Translations under genes and position numbers: made by a program | Shown here: in pieces, positions 19,896 to 29,505 of the stretch | How positions within the stretch are numbered: the first letter of the stretch is position 1 | Layout of the letters: the number at the start of each line of letters is the position of its first letter | Assembly (NCBI GenBank): GCA_035545675.1 | Contig: DASZYA010000004.1 | Location: 6,519-70,518 of the forward strand | Source of the DNA: Patescibacteria group bacterium | GTDB lineage: Bacteria; Patescibacteriota; Microgenomatia; Levybacterales; GWA1-39-11 | DNA: 64,000 bases | Direction of reading: 5' to 3' | Notes under the pieces: generated by a model | Told to the model about the DNA's origin: nothing | Seen by the model: the letters and a program-made list of their open reading frames with translations, nothing else | Database searches by the model: none

Positions 19896-20414
19896 TTAGC
19901 CTTTAACGACTCTGTAGTGAAGCTGAATAGTATTGAGGTTTATATTCTTGCTTTCTATGAATTCTAGGTCAAATTCAAAGTCGTCTTCTGCAAATAGCTT
20001 TATTCCCTTTCCTAGAACAAGAGGTTCTACATCAAGATAGATTTCATCAATAAGCTTTTCTTTCATAAAACTTGAATTAAGACGTCCGCCTCCAGCGACA
20101 AAAGCTTCTTTGTAGCCTTTTTCTTCTAACATCTTTAGAACATCTTTGGGACTATCATTTGTAAAAACCGCTTGGTGCTCCCAAGTGTTTTCAATTTCTT
20201 TTTGGGTCATAACAACATTTAGTGCATCTGGAAAAGGGAAATAGCCGTAGTCCGAAGCAGACTTAAAAGTGTTTGCTCCCATAACGATGTTGCCTGCTAT
20301 CTTGCTGTGTTGATAGAAGCCCTGAAGATCTTCTTCTGAAGTCCATTCGGAGTCGCCATTCTCTTTTGCAATGTAACCATTGATGGAGATACCCATGTAA
20401 AGAATCACTTTCAT
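19896..20414 (-). CDS. Dihydrofolate reductase-like (RibD C-terminal) protein
   Basis: SINGYIA, VMG, VAGGG, LIDEIYL, LGKGIKLF. Confidence 0.85.
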   Translation of the reverse strand: MKVILYMGISINGYIAKENGDSEWTSEEDLQGFYQHSKIAGNIVMGANTFKSASDYGYFPFPDALNVVMTQKEIENTWEHQAVFTNDSPKDVLKMLEEKGYKEAFVAGGGRLNSSFMKEKLIDEIYLDVEPLVLGKGIKLFAEDDFEFDLEFIESKNINLNTIQLHYRVVKG

Positions 20415-20449
20415 GTTTTCGATTATAGCAAAATGTTAAAATATGGACT

Positions 20450-21394
20450 ATGAAATATAAACATTCTGTTCTTGGGGGTACTTTTGATCACTTACATATT
20501 GGTCACAAACACTTTATAAAAGCAGCACTTGAGCACTCAGAAAGCTTAACCATTGGGTTAACAGTGGAAGAGCTTTATAAAAATAAAGCATTTGCCTACT
20601 CTATTCTTTCTTATGAGGCGAGAGAAAAAGAATTAAAAGAATTTCTAAGAGAGGAAGGATTTCTGGATAAGACAAAAATAGTTCCTATAAAAGATTTTTA
20701 TGGAATAACTTTAGATCAAGAAAATATAGATGCAATCTTTGTAACAAGGCATGGGGAAAAGGCCGCAAGGCTAATTAATAAGAAAAGACATGGAAAAGGT
20801 TTCAGAAAGCTAAGTGTAAATCTTGTAAATTTTGCTCGCGGAAATGATGGGAATGTAATTTCCTCTACCAGAATTAGGGCCGGCCTAATTGATAGAAATG
20901 GATTTTCATACAAAAAGTTTTTGAATAAGAATTTCACCCTAAAAGACTCTTTAAGAGAGACGGTTAAATTTATTCCCGAAGGCAAAATCTATGAGGATTA
21001 CAAGGTCGTTTTAAGGGAGAAAGTTATAATTTCTGTTGGAGATGTTGTTTCTTCCGATCTTGTTGAGCTTGGTAGACAAGCAGACCTATCAATAGTAGAT
21101 AAAAAAACAAAAAGAATTAAAAATACGGCCTTTAAAAAGCAGCCTGATAAGATAGTAAGAAATCCAAAAGGAACTTTAAAAAGAAGTGCTAGCGAGGCAA
21201 TTTTTGAGTGTTTAAGGGATGGCAAGAAAGTAATAAAAGTAATTGGTGAAGAAGATTTATTAGCTCTTTCTGCTACTCTTCTTGCGCCTCTTGGATCAAT
21301 TGTGGTTTATGGTATGCCAGACAAGGGACTTGTGGAAGTGGTAGTTACTGAGGAAAAGAAAAAAGAAGTCTTAGCCTTTTTTAAAAGTTGGTAG
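20450..21394 (+). CDS. Phosphopantetheine adenylyltransferase (archaeal/eukaryotic type) fused to DUF359 dephospho-CoA kinase
   Basis: GGTFDHLHIGH and ISSTRIR; VGDVVS, VDKKTKR, NPKG, GEEDLL, YGMP. Confidence 0.85.
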   Translation: MKYKHSVLGGTFDHLHIGHKHFIKAALEHSESLTIGLTVEELYKNKAFAYSILSYEAREKELKEFLREEGFLDKTKIVPIKDFYGITLDQENIDAIFVTRHGEKAARLINKKRHGKGFRKLSVNLVNFARGNDGNVISSTRIRAGLIDRNGFSYKKFLNKNFTLKDSLRETVKFIPEGKIYEDYKVVLREKVIISVGDVVSSDLVELGRQADLSIVDKKTKRIKNTAFKKQPDKIVRNPKGTLKRSASEAIFECLRDGKKVIKVIGEEDLLALSATLLAPLGSIVVYGMPDKGLVEVVVTEEKKKEVLAFFKSW

Positions 21395-21952
21395 TTATTT
21401 CTTTTTGCTAGGTACAAAAAGAAGGGTTGCAATAAAAGTTCCAATTATAGTTACAAGCCAGCCGAACATAATTTTGCCTTCTAGGTTGTGAATATTTGCC
21501 TCAACTTCCTTCATGTTTCTTCCGGCCAATACAAAGCCAGCAGAATTAGATGATGAATAAGGTGTAATTACTGTTGCAATTCTAATGCCCGGCTCTGGCT
21601 GCCAAGTCAGCGTTTCTCCATTGTTTTCCTTTGCGTTGTTGAAAATACCCTTTGGTAAAACAGGATTCTTACCATTTAGTTGGCCTGTTGAAACGATAAC
21701 TTTTCCAGAAGAATCATAAAAAATCATAAACGGGGCTAGATTTGTTGCGATATCAATTTTTTCTGGACCCTGAAAAAGTGACGCGTTGGTAAAAGCATGA
21801 GATGTCATATTCGTAGCATAGTCTCTAGAAATTTGTAACTGTGGATCATTTGCGCCAAGGCGTAGGAGTTGCTGTGTTGTTCCAAGAATTATAAAAGTTA
21901 CTCCGGTTATAGCAACGGCGAGGGGAATGAAAATGCGAATCTTTTGATTCAT
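21395..21952 (-). CDS. Hypothetical membrane protein, two TMs around a sensor-like domain
   Basis: ANDPQ, TWQPEPGIR, VLAGR; N- and C-terminal TMs. Confidence 0.65.
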   Translation of the reverse strand: MNQKIRIFIPLAVAITGVTFIILGTTQQLLRLGANDPQLQISRDYATNMTSHAFTNASLFQGPEKIDIATNLAPFMIFYDSSGKVIVSTGQLNGKNPVLPKGIFNNAKENNGETLTWQPEPGIRIATVITPYSSSNSAGFVLAGRNMKEVEANIHNLEGKIMFGWLVTIIGTFIATLLFVPSKKK

Positions 21953-21967
21953 AAAAAGATTATATCA

Positions 21968-23179
21968 CTATCTTTTGTTTGCGTTTCCAAGAGCGGCTAC
22001 TGCTGCTCCAATTCTTCCAGCTTCTTCAATATTTACAAAATGGATGGATTTTTGCGTTAATCTTTTTGCCACTTCTTGAGCTATTTCTTTATAGCCTGGC
22101 ACCTTCCAGAACAATGACCCCTCAACAGGTATTTGTAATTGCTCTTCTGTAAACGTTTCTGGAAATGCTTTTGTAATTCCAGCGATCATAACTCCAACTA
22201 GTTGTGCAGATCTGTTTCTAAGTCTTTCTGCTGCTTCAATAAGCATTGGGTTTCCTTGGGTAGTTATTAAAAGATTTGTGATTGTTTCACTGTCTAGGTT
22301 CGAGGGTATATGGGGTATTCCTTCTCTTGAAAGTTCTTGTGCAACTATTTCCATTTGTTGGCCTAGCCAAAGCCCTGAAATCTGTTTTTCGGCTAAATAT
22401 TTTCCCGTCATACCACTTCTGCCACTTTGTCTGTCAACAATTTTTGCTAACTCGTTTAATGGAAAGCCAGAAAAACTTCCCGATTCTGTATTTATTACGC
22501 CATTTGGAGTATCTGCTGCAAGATTGAATCCTGTCCCCACTACTCCCCCAAGTTTTGCCCCATCGGAAAAAACCACTGCAACCGTATCATTCATTACAGA
22601 GGTTGGGGTGTTTGCATCTATTCCATAGTTTTGGGAAAGACTTTCTCTAAGCGCCTGGCCGACGGGTAATTTACTTATACCCGGAATTACAAATTCTTTT
22701 GTGAGTTGTTCCGGGGAAACAATATCTACTCCACCATCTGTTTTAACTGCTTGACCCGGGAATGAATAAACAATTCCAATAGCATCAATGTTTCCTTGAT
22801 CTAGCATTGGCGCAACACCGTTTGCTATGTGGGCAAAAAATTCATCAGCGCTTCTAAATTCTCTTCCTGGTAAAGCTGCTCTTTGAGAATCTTGTATTGA
22901 TGGTTTGCTATTTTCTATGGCAACGCGTGCTCCATACAAATTTGTTCCTCCAATCTCAACTATTAAAGCCTGACTACCTTCTCTTAAATCAGAAAGAGAT
23001 ACTGAGGATAATAAGGATGGATACATAGGAAGTCCTTTTTCACCATGCGTATCTAAGCCATCTTTTAGAGCAGTAATATAATCATCAACCGCTTGTCTTT
23101 CTTCCTGTTCATTAAGTGGGCGCAGATTCGTTCTTTCAAAGAATTCAACATCGTTTAGTTTTTCGCGCATATTGTGCAT
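21968..23179 (-). CDS. Hexokinase (eukaryotic-type hexokinase family)
   Basis: LPMYPS, EIGGTNL, YSFP, TKEF, NDT, GTGFN, INTESG, EKQISG, EGSLF, GAAVAA. Confidence 0.82.
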   Translation of the reverse strand: MHNMREKLNDVEFFERTNLRPLNEQEERQAVDDYITALKDGLDTHGEKGLPMYPSLLSSVSLSDLREGSQALIVEIGGTNLYGARVAIENSKPSIQDSQRAALPGREFRSADEFFAHIANGVAPMLDQGNIDAIGIVYSFPGQAVKTDGGVDIVSPEQLTKEFVIPGISKLPVGQALRESLSQNYGIDANTPTSVMNDTVAVVFSDGAKLGGVVGTGFNLAADTPNGVINTESGSFSGFPLNELAKIVDRQSGRSGMTGKYLAEKQISGLWLGQQMEIVAQELSREGIPHIPSNLDSETITNLLITTQGNPMLIEAAERLRNRSAQLVGVMIAGITKAFPETFTEEQLQIPVEGSLFWKVPGYKEIAQEVAKRLTQKSIHFVNIEEAGRIGAAVAALGNANKR

Positions 23180-23214
23180 ATTCTATACTAATTTAGCCAC
23201 AAATCAAGCTAAAG

Positions 23215-23652
23215 TCATTTTATAAGTTTATTTTTATACCTTTTTACAAAGTCGTCCATTTGGGAATGTGTGGGGGTTGGGAGATTTTCTAGTGTAAACC
23301 AGCCAAGTTCATCGTGTTTTTCCGGAATCATATTTTTAATTTTATCTCTATCTACCAAAACCTTGTAGTCTAGGGCTATCCAATGAGTCTTTGCACCTGA
23401 CTCATCAGTTCTATGAACATCTCTTATTCCCAAGAATTCGTGATCAAGAACATCGCCATTGTATTCTTCTTTTATTTCTCGCGCGAGTGCTTCAAGAACT
23501 GGCTCGCCCACTTCTACGCCGCCTCCTCCGGGATCCCAGGTGCCAATTTCATCTCGTGATTTTTTACTTCTTTTTGAAAGGATAAAATTGCCTTTTCCGT
23601 CATGGCAATAAAAGACTACGGCTACTCCAATGTGGTCAATTCCTGCTCTCAC
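23215..23652 (-). CDS. NUDIX hydrolase
   Basis: Nudix box GGGVEVGEPVLEALAREIKEE; GTG start 23652 after TATAAT. Confidence 0.85.
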   Translation of the reverse strand: MRAGIDHIGVAVVFYCHDGKGNFILSKRSKKSRDEIGTWDPGGGGVEVGEPVLEALAREIKEEYNGDVLDHEFLGIRDVHRTDESGAKTHWIALDYKVLVDRDKIKNMIPEKHDELGWFTLENLPTPTHSQMDDFVKRYKNKLIK

Positions 23653-23659
23653 AAATTGA

Positions 23660-24000
23660 TTATAAGTCTTGTGGGGATATATATCCAAGCGCTTTACTAA
23701 TCTTCATATAGTTATCTACAAAATATTTACCGAAGGCAGGGTCCTCCTCTTTTGCTCCAACTGTTCTTGCGGTCATAACCCAATAGTATGGTTTTCCAAG
23801 CCAAACCTTAGAACATGAATTAAGCTTGTTACTTGATTTTTTCTTTCTCCAAATTCATTAAGGGCCTCAATATTTGTTACAGTATCTTCTCTTCCTGGGA
23901 GTCTGCTTGGGACCTGGGGAGAAGATTCGTCTATAAACCATCGATTATTTGTATCGGTTACGTGTCTTGCGCTAATGACTTGATCTATTTCTAATGACAT
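23660..24000 (-). pseudogene. Hypothetical gene apparently split by a frameshift
   Basis: Frame from ATG 24000 stops at 23773; overlapping -1 frame open from ~23855 to TAA 23660. Confidence 0.4.
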
Positions 24001-24045
24001 AGGTTGGTATTCTAGCAGGAAATGGGCCAATTTAAAACTATAAGA

Positions 24046-24486
24046 CTACTTTACTAATCTTAGAAGAAAAATGAATACTAGGGGGCCAAGAGTGATGGAT
24101 GCAACATCAAATATTGGCTTTATAAGTTGTCTCTCGCCTACTTTTATACCCTTCTTTCTATCCATTTGAGAGGTAAGAATGATCAAAGATATTGGGGCAG
24201 CAAGAGCTGCAATAATAAGATCTGTTTTCAAAATTAGCCAAGTTCCAACTAGGGATAGTGAGGCTAGGAGTCTATCTCTTTTAAATACTTCTGTTGTATG
24301 AAAGGTAGCCTCAATTTTTCTAATATCTTCCCATATTTCATTTGTTAGGCCAGTAAAAAACGCCCCCAGTACACCAAATCCAAGGCTAATGTGGAAGTGG
24401 CTTTGGAGAAAATAAAATAGAGAACCAGACACAAACATGTGAAATATTGATCTTAAGGACAGATTAAGATAATTATGTTTTGGCAT
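24046..24486 (-). CDS. Hypothetical membrane protein
   Basis: 146 aa with several hydrophobic segments; TATAAT just upstream. Confidence 0.55.
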   Translation of the reverse strand: MPKHNYLNLSLRSIFHMFVSGSLFYFLQSHFHISLGFGVLGAFFTGLTNEIWEDIRKIEATFHTTEVFKRDRLLASLSLVGTWLILKTDLIIAALAAPISLIILTSQMDRKKGIKVGERQLIKPIFDVASITLGPLVFIFLLRLVK

Positions 24487-24506
24487 GGGCTGTTATTATA
24501 CCAGAG

Positions 24507-24737
24507 TTAGAGCTGATAGTCGCCTCTGGGGTCATCTTCGGTTTCAGTGAGAGCGTAATACATCTGGTTTATCTCGATTGCCGGATCTTCATCAAATTGG
24601 TATTCTTTGCGATCTTCATCGTACTCCACGAGATGCGTTTTTATACCCTCATAGAGAATTCTTGCAGCCGTTTCTTTGTGATCTTGATAGGTATAAAAGA
24701 CCTTAGAACAATATGAGCAAGAATATGAGTAGTACAT
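24507..24737 (-). CDS. Small acidic protein with possible Zn-finger (CxxC...H)
   Basis: CSYCSKVF...KTHL; GTATAAT just upstream. Confidence 0.6.
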   Translation of the reverse strand: MYYSYSCSYCSKVFYTYQDHKETAARILYEGIKTHLVEYDEDRKEYQFDEDPAIEINQMYYALTETEDDPRGDYQL

Positions 24738-24749
24738 AACAGTATTATA

Positions 24750-24974
24750 CTAAAATGACCTAACCTTCCTTTTTGCGTCTCTTTTAAAGGCCGATGCGAG
24801 TAATTGTGTTGCTTCTTCCTTTTTTAAAACTCCTTCTTTGATTAATTGACCAATTATTTTATATCTGACCAGGTCTGCTTCGGCTCTCAGATTTTCTCTG
24901 TGTTCGATTTCTCTAGGAGATCTTGGTCGGGGGTCTTGGTATTTTCTGGGTTCACCATGGCATTCTTTTTTCAT
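24750..24974 (-). CDS. Hypothetical protein
   Basis: Short basic ORF right after the deacetylase stop. Confidence 0.4.
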   Translation of the reverse strand: MKKECHGEPRKYQDPRPRSPREIEHRENLRAEADLVRYKIIGQLIKEGVLKKEEATQLLASAFKRDAKRKVRSF

Positions 24975-24975
24975 T

Positions 24976-25941
24976 TTATTTAAATTCATGAAGATTATTT
25001 TCATCAATATAATTTAGTAATTCATTTCCGGTTCTATATCCTGGTCTAATTCTAAATAAGAAATAAAGATTGGCAGGATTCTGTTCATTTCCAAGAACCG
25101 TAGAAACAGCGCTTGTAAAGCCAGCGTCTTTTACTACCTTTATAGCCTGCTCATCAAATCCTCCGCTTGGGTATGCAAACGATACAACTTTTATTCCATA
25201 GTTTTTCTCAAGCATGGTTTTGCTTTCATTGACCTCATATTTAACAATTGGTAGAAAGGCGCCTTTTAGATAAACGTGATGAACAGTGTGGGCTCCAATT
25301 TCTACAATCTTACTGTTAATTACATCTTTAAGTTGCGCGTCTGTTAAGAAGTCTGAACCACCAATAAATCCCGGAATTATATAGGCAGTAGCCCGAGCAT
25401 TGTATTTTTTAAGAATTGGAAGAATTACGGTATCAAGATCCCAATGACCATCATCAATTGTTATTACAACAGGCTTTGGAGGTAACACTTTTTTATTCTT
25501 GAGCATGTCATTAAGCTGGCCTGCTGTCAAAAAGTGGTAACCGGCATCGTGCAGGGTTTTAATTTGGGAATCAAATACGTCCGGATTAATATTTAGGGAT
25601 ACTCTTGTTTTATCTTTCTTATCTTGTACGTATTCAACATAATGATACATGAGGATTGGAATCTTAAGGCTAGCCGAGGCCGTTGCGTCTTTTGCAAATT
25701 TTTCCTTGATATCTTTTGGTAGTTTTTTAACATCATTTCTTGGCGTTTCTACTACGGCATGAGTTTGAAAGCTTAAGAATTGATAAATAAATATCCCAAA
25801 GGCTAAAAATAAAAGAAATCTAAGCACACCCACGTGAGTTGCGTGATGACGTGATTTTGTGGTGACCCTTTTTTTGCTAGTTTTTTTGGGTTTTGGCAAA
25901 ACTTTTTTTTCCTTTGTTTTCTTTCTAGTTTTTATAGCCAT
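24976..25941 (-). CDS. Membrane-anchored polysaccharide deacetylase (CE4)
   Basis: PILMYH, ITIDDG, IGAHTVHH, FAYPSG. Confidence 0.9.
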   Translation of the reverse strand: MAIKTRKKTKEKKVLPKPKKTSKKRVTTKSRHHATHVGVLRFLLFLAFGIFIYQFLSFQTHAVVETPRNDVKKLPKDIKEKFAKDATASASLKIPILMYHYVEYVQDKKDKTRVSLNINPDVFDSQIKTLHDAGYHFLTAGQLNDMLKNKKVLPPKPVVITIDDGHWDLDTVILPILKKYNARATAYIIPGFIGGSDFLTDAQLKDVINSKIVEIGAHTVHHVYLKGAFLPIVKYEVNESKTMLEKNYGIKVVSFAYPSGGFDEQAIKVVKDAGFTSAVSTVLGNEQNPANLYFLFRIRPGYRTGNELLNYIDENNLHEFK

Positions 25942-26014
25942 AAAATAAGTCTTGCTATATTACCACATGAATTGATCTTGAAAAAGGCTTTCATAATGGG
26001 TGTATAATATATTC

Positions 26015-26398
26015 ATGAATGGATTTGTAGGAAATATTGAAAAAGAAACCCTTGAGAACCAAGATTTTAGAAGAGTTCTTTTTACAGGTCAGCATGCTCA
26101 AGTAGTTCTTATGAGTCTTAAGCCAAATGAAGATATTGGTATGGAGGTTCACGAGATTGTCGATCAATTTATAAGAATTGAGAAGGGAAATGGAAAAGTG
26201 ATAATGAATGGAGAAGAACACAAATTAAGTGATGGAGATGCTTTTGTTGTTCCAGCAGGAACTGAGCACAACGTAATCAATGAGTCAGCTGATGCTGAAA
26301 TGAAACTATACACAGTTTATTCTCCACCCCACCACAAGGATGGAACAGTTCACCAAACAAAAGAAGACGCAGAAAAAGATACCGCAGACCACCTATAA
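26015..26398 (+). CDS. Cupin domain protein
   Basis: FRRVLFTG, IGMEVH, DQFIRIE, PAGTEHN, KLYTVYSPPHH. Confidence 0.88.
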   Translation: MNGFVGNIEKETLENQDFRRVLFTGQHAQVVLMSLKPNEDIGMEVHEIVDQFIRIEKGNGKVIMNGEEHKLSDGDAFVVPAGTEHNVINESADAEMKLYTVYSPPHHKDGTVHQTKEDAEKDTADHL

Positions 26399-26399
26399 A

Positions 26400-26951
26400 T
26401 TATTTAGGTTGGTAATAGAGAAGAATATTTCCGTTTCCAAAAGTCCTTGAGTTAACTAGCTTTAAATCTGTTTTCTTAACTCCTTTAAACAACAACTTCC
26501 CTTCACCTAAAACTACCGGGCTAACCATGAGTCTGTATTCATCAATTAGGTCTAGATTTGCAAATTGTTGGACTATTTGCCCGCTTCCAAAAATAGCCAT
26601 GTCTTTACCCTCTTCTTCTTTAAGTTTTTTAATTGCAGCAGTATCTATTTCATCTATTACAACAGTATTTTGCCAGGTAGCATTTTTAATAGATTTTGAA
26701 AAAACAATTTTTGGAGTTTCGTTCATGAGCTTTGCAACGGTTGGATCATCTTTCAAGGCTCCCTCTGTTGGCCAATAGCTTTTCATTAGGTCATAAGTAG
26801 TTCGGCCAAACATAAGAGTCCCAAATTCACTGGTCTGTTTAATTGCAAATTCATTAAACTCTTCGTCAACTGTATGCCAGTCAATATTGCCGTCAGGCCC
26901 GGCAAAATATCCATCAACCGTCACCATATTAAAAACAATTATCCTTCTCAT
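26400..26951 (-). CDS. Dihydrofolate reductase-like (RibD C-terminal) protein
   Basis: TVDGYF, FGRTTY, KIVFS, GSG, LIDEYRL, GEGKLLF. Confidence 0.87.
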   Translation of the reverse strand: MRRIIVFNMVTVDGYFAGPDGNIDWHTVDEEFNEFAIKQTSEFGTLMFGRTTYDLMKSYWPTEGALKDDPTVAKLMNETPKIVFSKSIKNATWQNTVVIDEIDTAAIKKLKEEEGKDMAIFGSGQIVQQFANLDLIDEYRLMVSPVVLGEGKLLFKGVKKTDLKLVNSRTFGNGNILLYYQPK

Positions 26952-27226
26952 TAGTTTTGTTTTCCAAATCTTTTCAATGCGCGTAAATGTGCTTTTTCTG
27001 CTTCTTTTTCTCTGTTGTGGGGATGGGAATGTGCAGTGAGCGAACCTAATAAATGTTCTGTTGTGTGAGCTATATCTTCAACTGCAGCATTGAATGCCTC
27101 TTCATTATCAGTAGAAGGCTTGTTAAATCCTGAGACTTTTCTGACGTATTGAAGAGCTGCTGCATGAACTTCTTCATGTGTTGCTGTGGGTTCAAAATTG
27201 AAAAGATGTTTTATGTTGTGACACAT
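26951..27226 (-). CDS. DUF2277 family protein
   Basis: MCHNIKHLFNFEP...AAALQYVRKVSGF. Confidence 0.8.
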   Translation of the reverse strand: MCHNIKHLFNFEPTATHEEVHAAALQYVRKVSGFNKPSTDNEEAFNAAVEDIAHTTEHLLGSLTAHSHPHNREKEAEKAHLRALKRFGKQN

Positions 27227-27231
27227 ATAAA

Positions 27232-27262
27232 TAGCTTATAGCTGATAGGTTTTAGCTCGTAG
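27232..27262. repeat. Degenerate TAGCTTA-type heptamer tract
   Basis: tagctta tagctga taggttt tagctcg tag. Confidence 0.55.
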
Positions 27263-27310
27263 GGAGATTTTAAGCCTTTGATAAATATGTTTCAAGGGTA
27301 TTTTTGTTAA

Positions 27311-27706
27311 TTAATTTTTGAGTTCTTCCTCTTCTTCAGCGTTCCAGGGGGTAATTAGCTGAAAGTAATTTCCATCAGGGTCAGCAAAGGTGGCAATCCA
27401 GAAATTTCCATCCTCTCCCATTGCGTAAGGTTCTTTTACTACCTCTACTCCTTCTATTTCTTTGATTCTTTCAAATTCACCCTTAACGTCTTTTGTTTCA
27501 AAATTAAAGAGTACGCGGTCAGGGTCTTTTGCTTTTCCATGAATCTTGTCATGAAATCCAATGCTTAAGAAGCAGCTCCCTACTAAAAATCCTTTGTAGT
27601 TCTCGTCTTCCATATCTGGCTTCTTTTCAAAAACCTTTTCGTAGAAATCAGCAAGTTTTTTAACGTCCTCTGTTGATAATAATATTGAATTAAAATTTAA
27701 TTTCAT
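27311..27706 (-). CDS. VOC/glyoxalase family protein
   Basis: DFYEKVF and FADPDGNYFQL. Confidence 0.85.
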   Translation of the reverse strand: MKLNFNSILLSTEDVKKLADFYEKVFEKKPDMEDENYKGFLVGSCFLSIGFHDKIHGKAKDPDRVLFNFETKDVKGEFERIKEIEGVEVVKEPYAMGEDGNFWIATFADPDGNYFQLITPWNAEEEEELKN

Positions 27707-27773
27707 TTCATTTATATCCCCCGGTTAGATAGCTTCTCTGAAGCATCGAACGGGGCCACGTTGAATGTGTAAG

Positions 27774-28274
27774 CTATTCAACTGTGGCTGCTTTTTTAAT
27801 AGCTTCTAAGTCTAATTTTTTCATTGGCATAAATACTTTTGTTACTGCCTCTGCTCTTGTTGGATCTTTCATGAGCTCATCTAGGATTCTTGGTGTTATT
27901 TGCCATGTGATACCAAAGCGATCTGTACACCATCCACATTGTTCTGCTTCTGGAACTGCTGACAGTTTCTCCCAGAAGTGATCAATTTCTTCTTGAGTTT
28001 CGCATTCAACTATAAAAGATACTGATCCATTAAGTTTAAATTGTTCTAGTGGCCCACCATTTAGTGCCATGAATTTTGATCCATCAAGGGTGTATTCGAG
28101 AGTCATAACTGTTCCCTCTTTGATTTTGGAAATTTCTTCTCCTTCTTTTGTGGCTTTTGTAATGTCTCCGAGTTCTCCGTGGTGAACCCCGCCTGGAGCA
28201 GAATTAAAAGTATCTACGTAGTATTTTGCGGCTTCCTCTCCGTCGCTATTTACAAACCAAATACAAGTAGTCAT
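27774..28274 (-). CDS. VOC family protein (PhnB-like)
   Basis: CIWF, ALNGGP, QEEIDHFWEKL, CGWCTDRFGITWQI, MKKLD. Confidence 0.87.
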   Translation of the reverse strand: MTTCIWFVNSDGEEAAKYYVDTFNSAPGGVHHGELGDITKATKEGEEISKIKEGTVMTLEYTLDGSKFMALNGGPLEQFKLNGSVSFIVECETQEEIDHFWEKLSAVPEAEQCGWCTDRFGITWQITPRILDELMKDPTRAEAVTKVFMPMKKLDLEAIKKAATVE

Positions 28275-28334
28275 TCTTCTTACATTATAGCGCAAGTTTT
28301 GTTAGAAAGAAGTATGAATTTATCAGAGCTTAGG

Positions 28335-28350
28335 TGTGATTTAGATCATT
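28335..28350. promoter_or_regulatory. Putative Crp/Fnr-family site
   Basis: TGTGA-TTTAGA-TCATT; -10 TAGAAT 28372-28377 precedes ATG 28386. Confidence 0.55.
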
Positions 28351-28385
28351 TATGTCTTTTCAAGCAATTATTAGAATGAAAGCAT

Positions 28386-28796
28386 ATGATACCGGAGAAA
28401 ATACAAAGAATAATTCTTCTAATAGTTCTTGCCTATGAAGGCTTAGGTGGGCTTTTGGGAGGAATACTTTTGGTTTTAGGGCCAGATGGACATTATATGG
28501 ATATGAATATTGAAATTATGCATGGAGCCTTTCCTGACTTTTTAATCCCAGGAGTAATTCTCACTTGTATGGGAGCGCTTACAACAACAGCATTCTTCGC
28601 AGTTCTTAGAAGAAGCAGATATGATTGGCTTCTTGCCGGGTTTTCAATGGGTGGATATATTATTTGGTTTGCAACAGAAATCACGATACTAAGAGAACTT
28701 CATTGGCTTCATATTATGTGGGGAGTCCCGGTTTTAATAGGTGCCTCAATGGTTATTCCAATGCTCCCTTGGTTTAGGAGAAATCTAAGCTCTTAA
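28386..28796 (+). CDS. Hypothetical 4-TM membrane protein
   Basis: Hydrophobic helices; FPDFLIPGVIL motif. Confidence 0.7.
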   Translation: MIPEKIQRIILLIVLAYEGLGGLLGGILLVLGPDGHYMDMNIEIMHGAFPDFLIPGVILTCMGALTTTAFFAVLRRSRYDWLLAGFSMGGYIIWFATEITILRELHWLHIMWGVPVLIGASMVIPMLPWFRRNLSS

Positions 28797-29455
28797 ACCC
28801 TTGCGGCGAGAAGGTCTTCCACTAGTCTTTGAGATTTTAAGGCAATTGCGAATTCTGCGCCTTGCCCAGTTTTCTTAAGTGCTTCTTCTATATCTTCTTT
28901 GATACCACTTTTGCTTAAAGTTTCTACAATGTAAATATTTCCGTGATCACGAGTCCCATTTATTTGAATGTTCATTTTTTCTCCTTCTTTTCCATCAATC
29001 GTAATTAGAGGTTTTACTGCCATGTCTGCCCACTCGAAAATCTTAATCATTGTATCTATTGGCCACTCAGAGTTTATACCTGGAAACATAATCACTTGGA
29101 TTTTGGAATTAGGTTCCTCTTCTGGTTGAGTATTATATATTTGAGCAAAGCCGGTTATTCCCATTTGGGCAAAATATCCCTCGTATATATCCCTAACCTT
29201 TGCTGCATTGGGGTCAAAATAGCTTACAAAAAGATTGGGATTTTTTGATTGTTTGTAGAGCTCCTCCACTGTTCCTCTCAATTCATCAGGTTCATCTTGT
29301 AAGCCTGGAAAATAATGGCCATGCGCAAGTCTGTGACGCTTAGCCACATAAGGAAGATATATCCCTTGATTTTGTAGTAGGCCTAAGTTATCCGCGAATT
29401 CCTCTACGGACCATGCGGAAAGCTGCTCCGGTACGTATGTAAGCGTTTCTGCCAT
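28793..29455 (-). CDS. Hypothetical protein
   Basis: 220-aa ORF with TGCTATAAT upstream. Confidence 0.55.
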   Translation of the reverse strand: MAETLTYVPEQLSAWSVEEFADNLGLLQNQGIYLPYVAKRHRLAHGHYFPGLQDEPDELRGTVEELYKQSKNPNLFVSYFDPNAAKVRDIYEGYFAQMGITGFAQIYNTQPEEEPNSKIQVIMFPGINSEWPIDTMIKIFEWADMAVKPLITIDGKEGEKMNIQINGTRDHGNIYIVETLSKSGIKEDIEEALKKTGQGAEFAIALKSQRLVEDLLAARV

Positions 29456-29505
29456 AAGGAGGTATTATAGCATTTTACTAATCCTATAGGAAATTTAGAA
29501 TGAAT

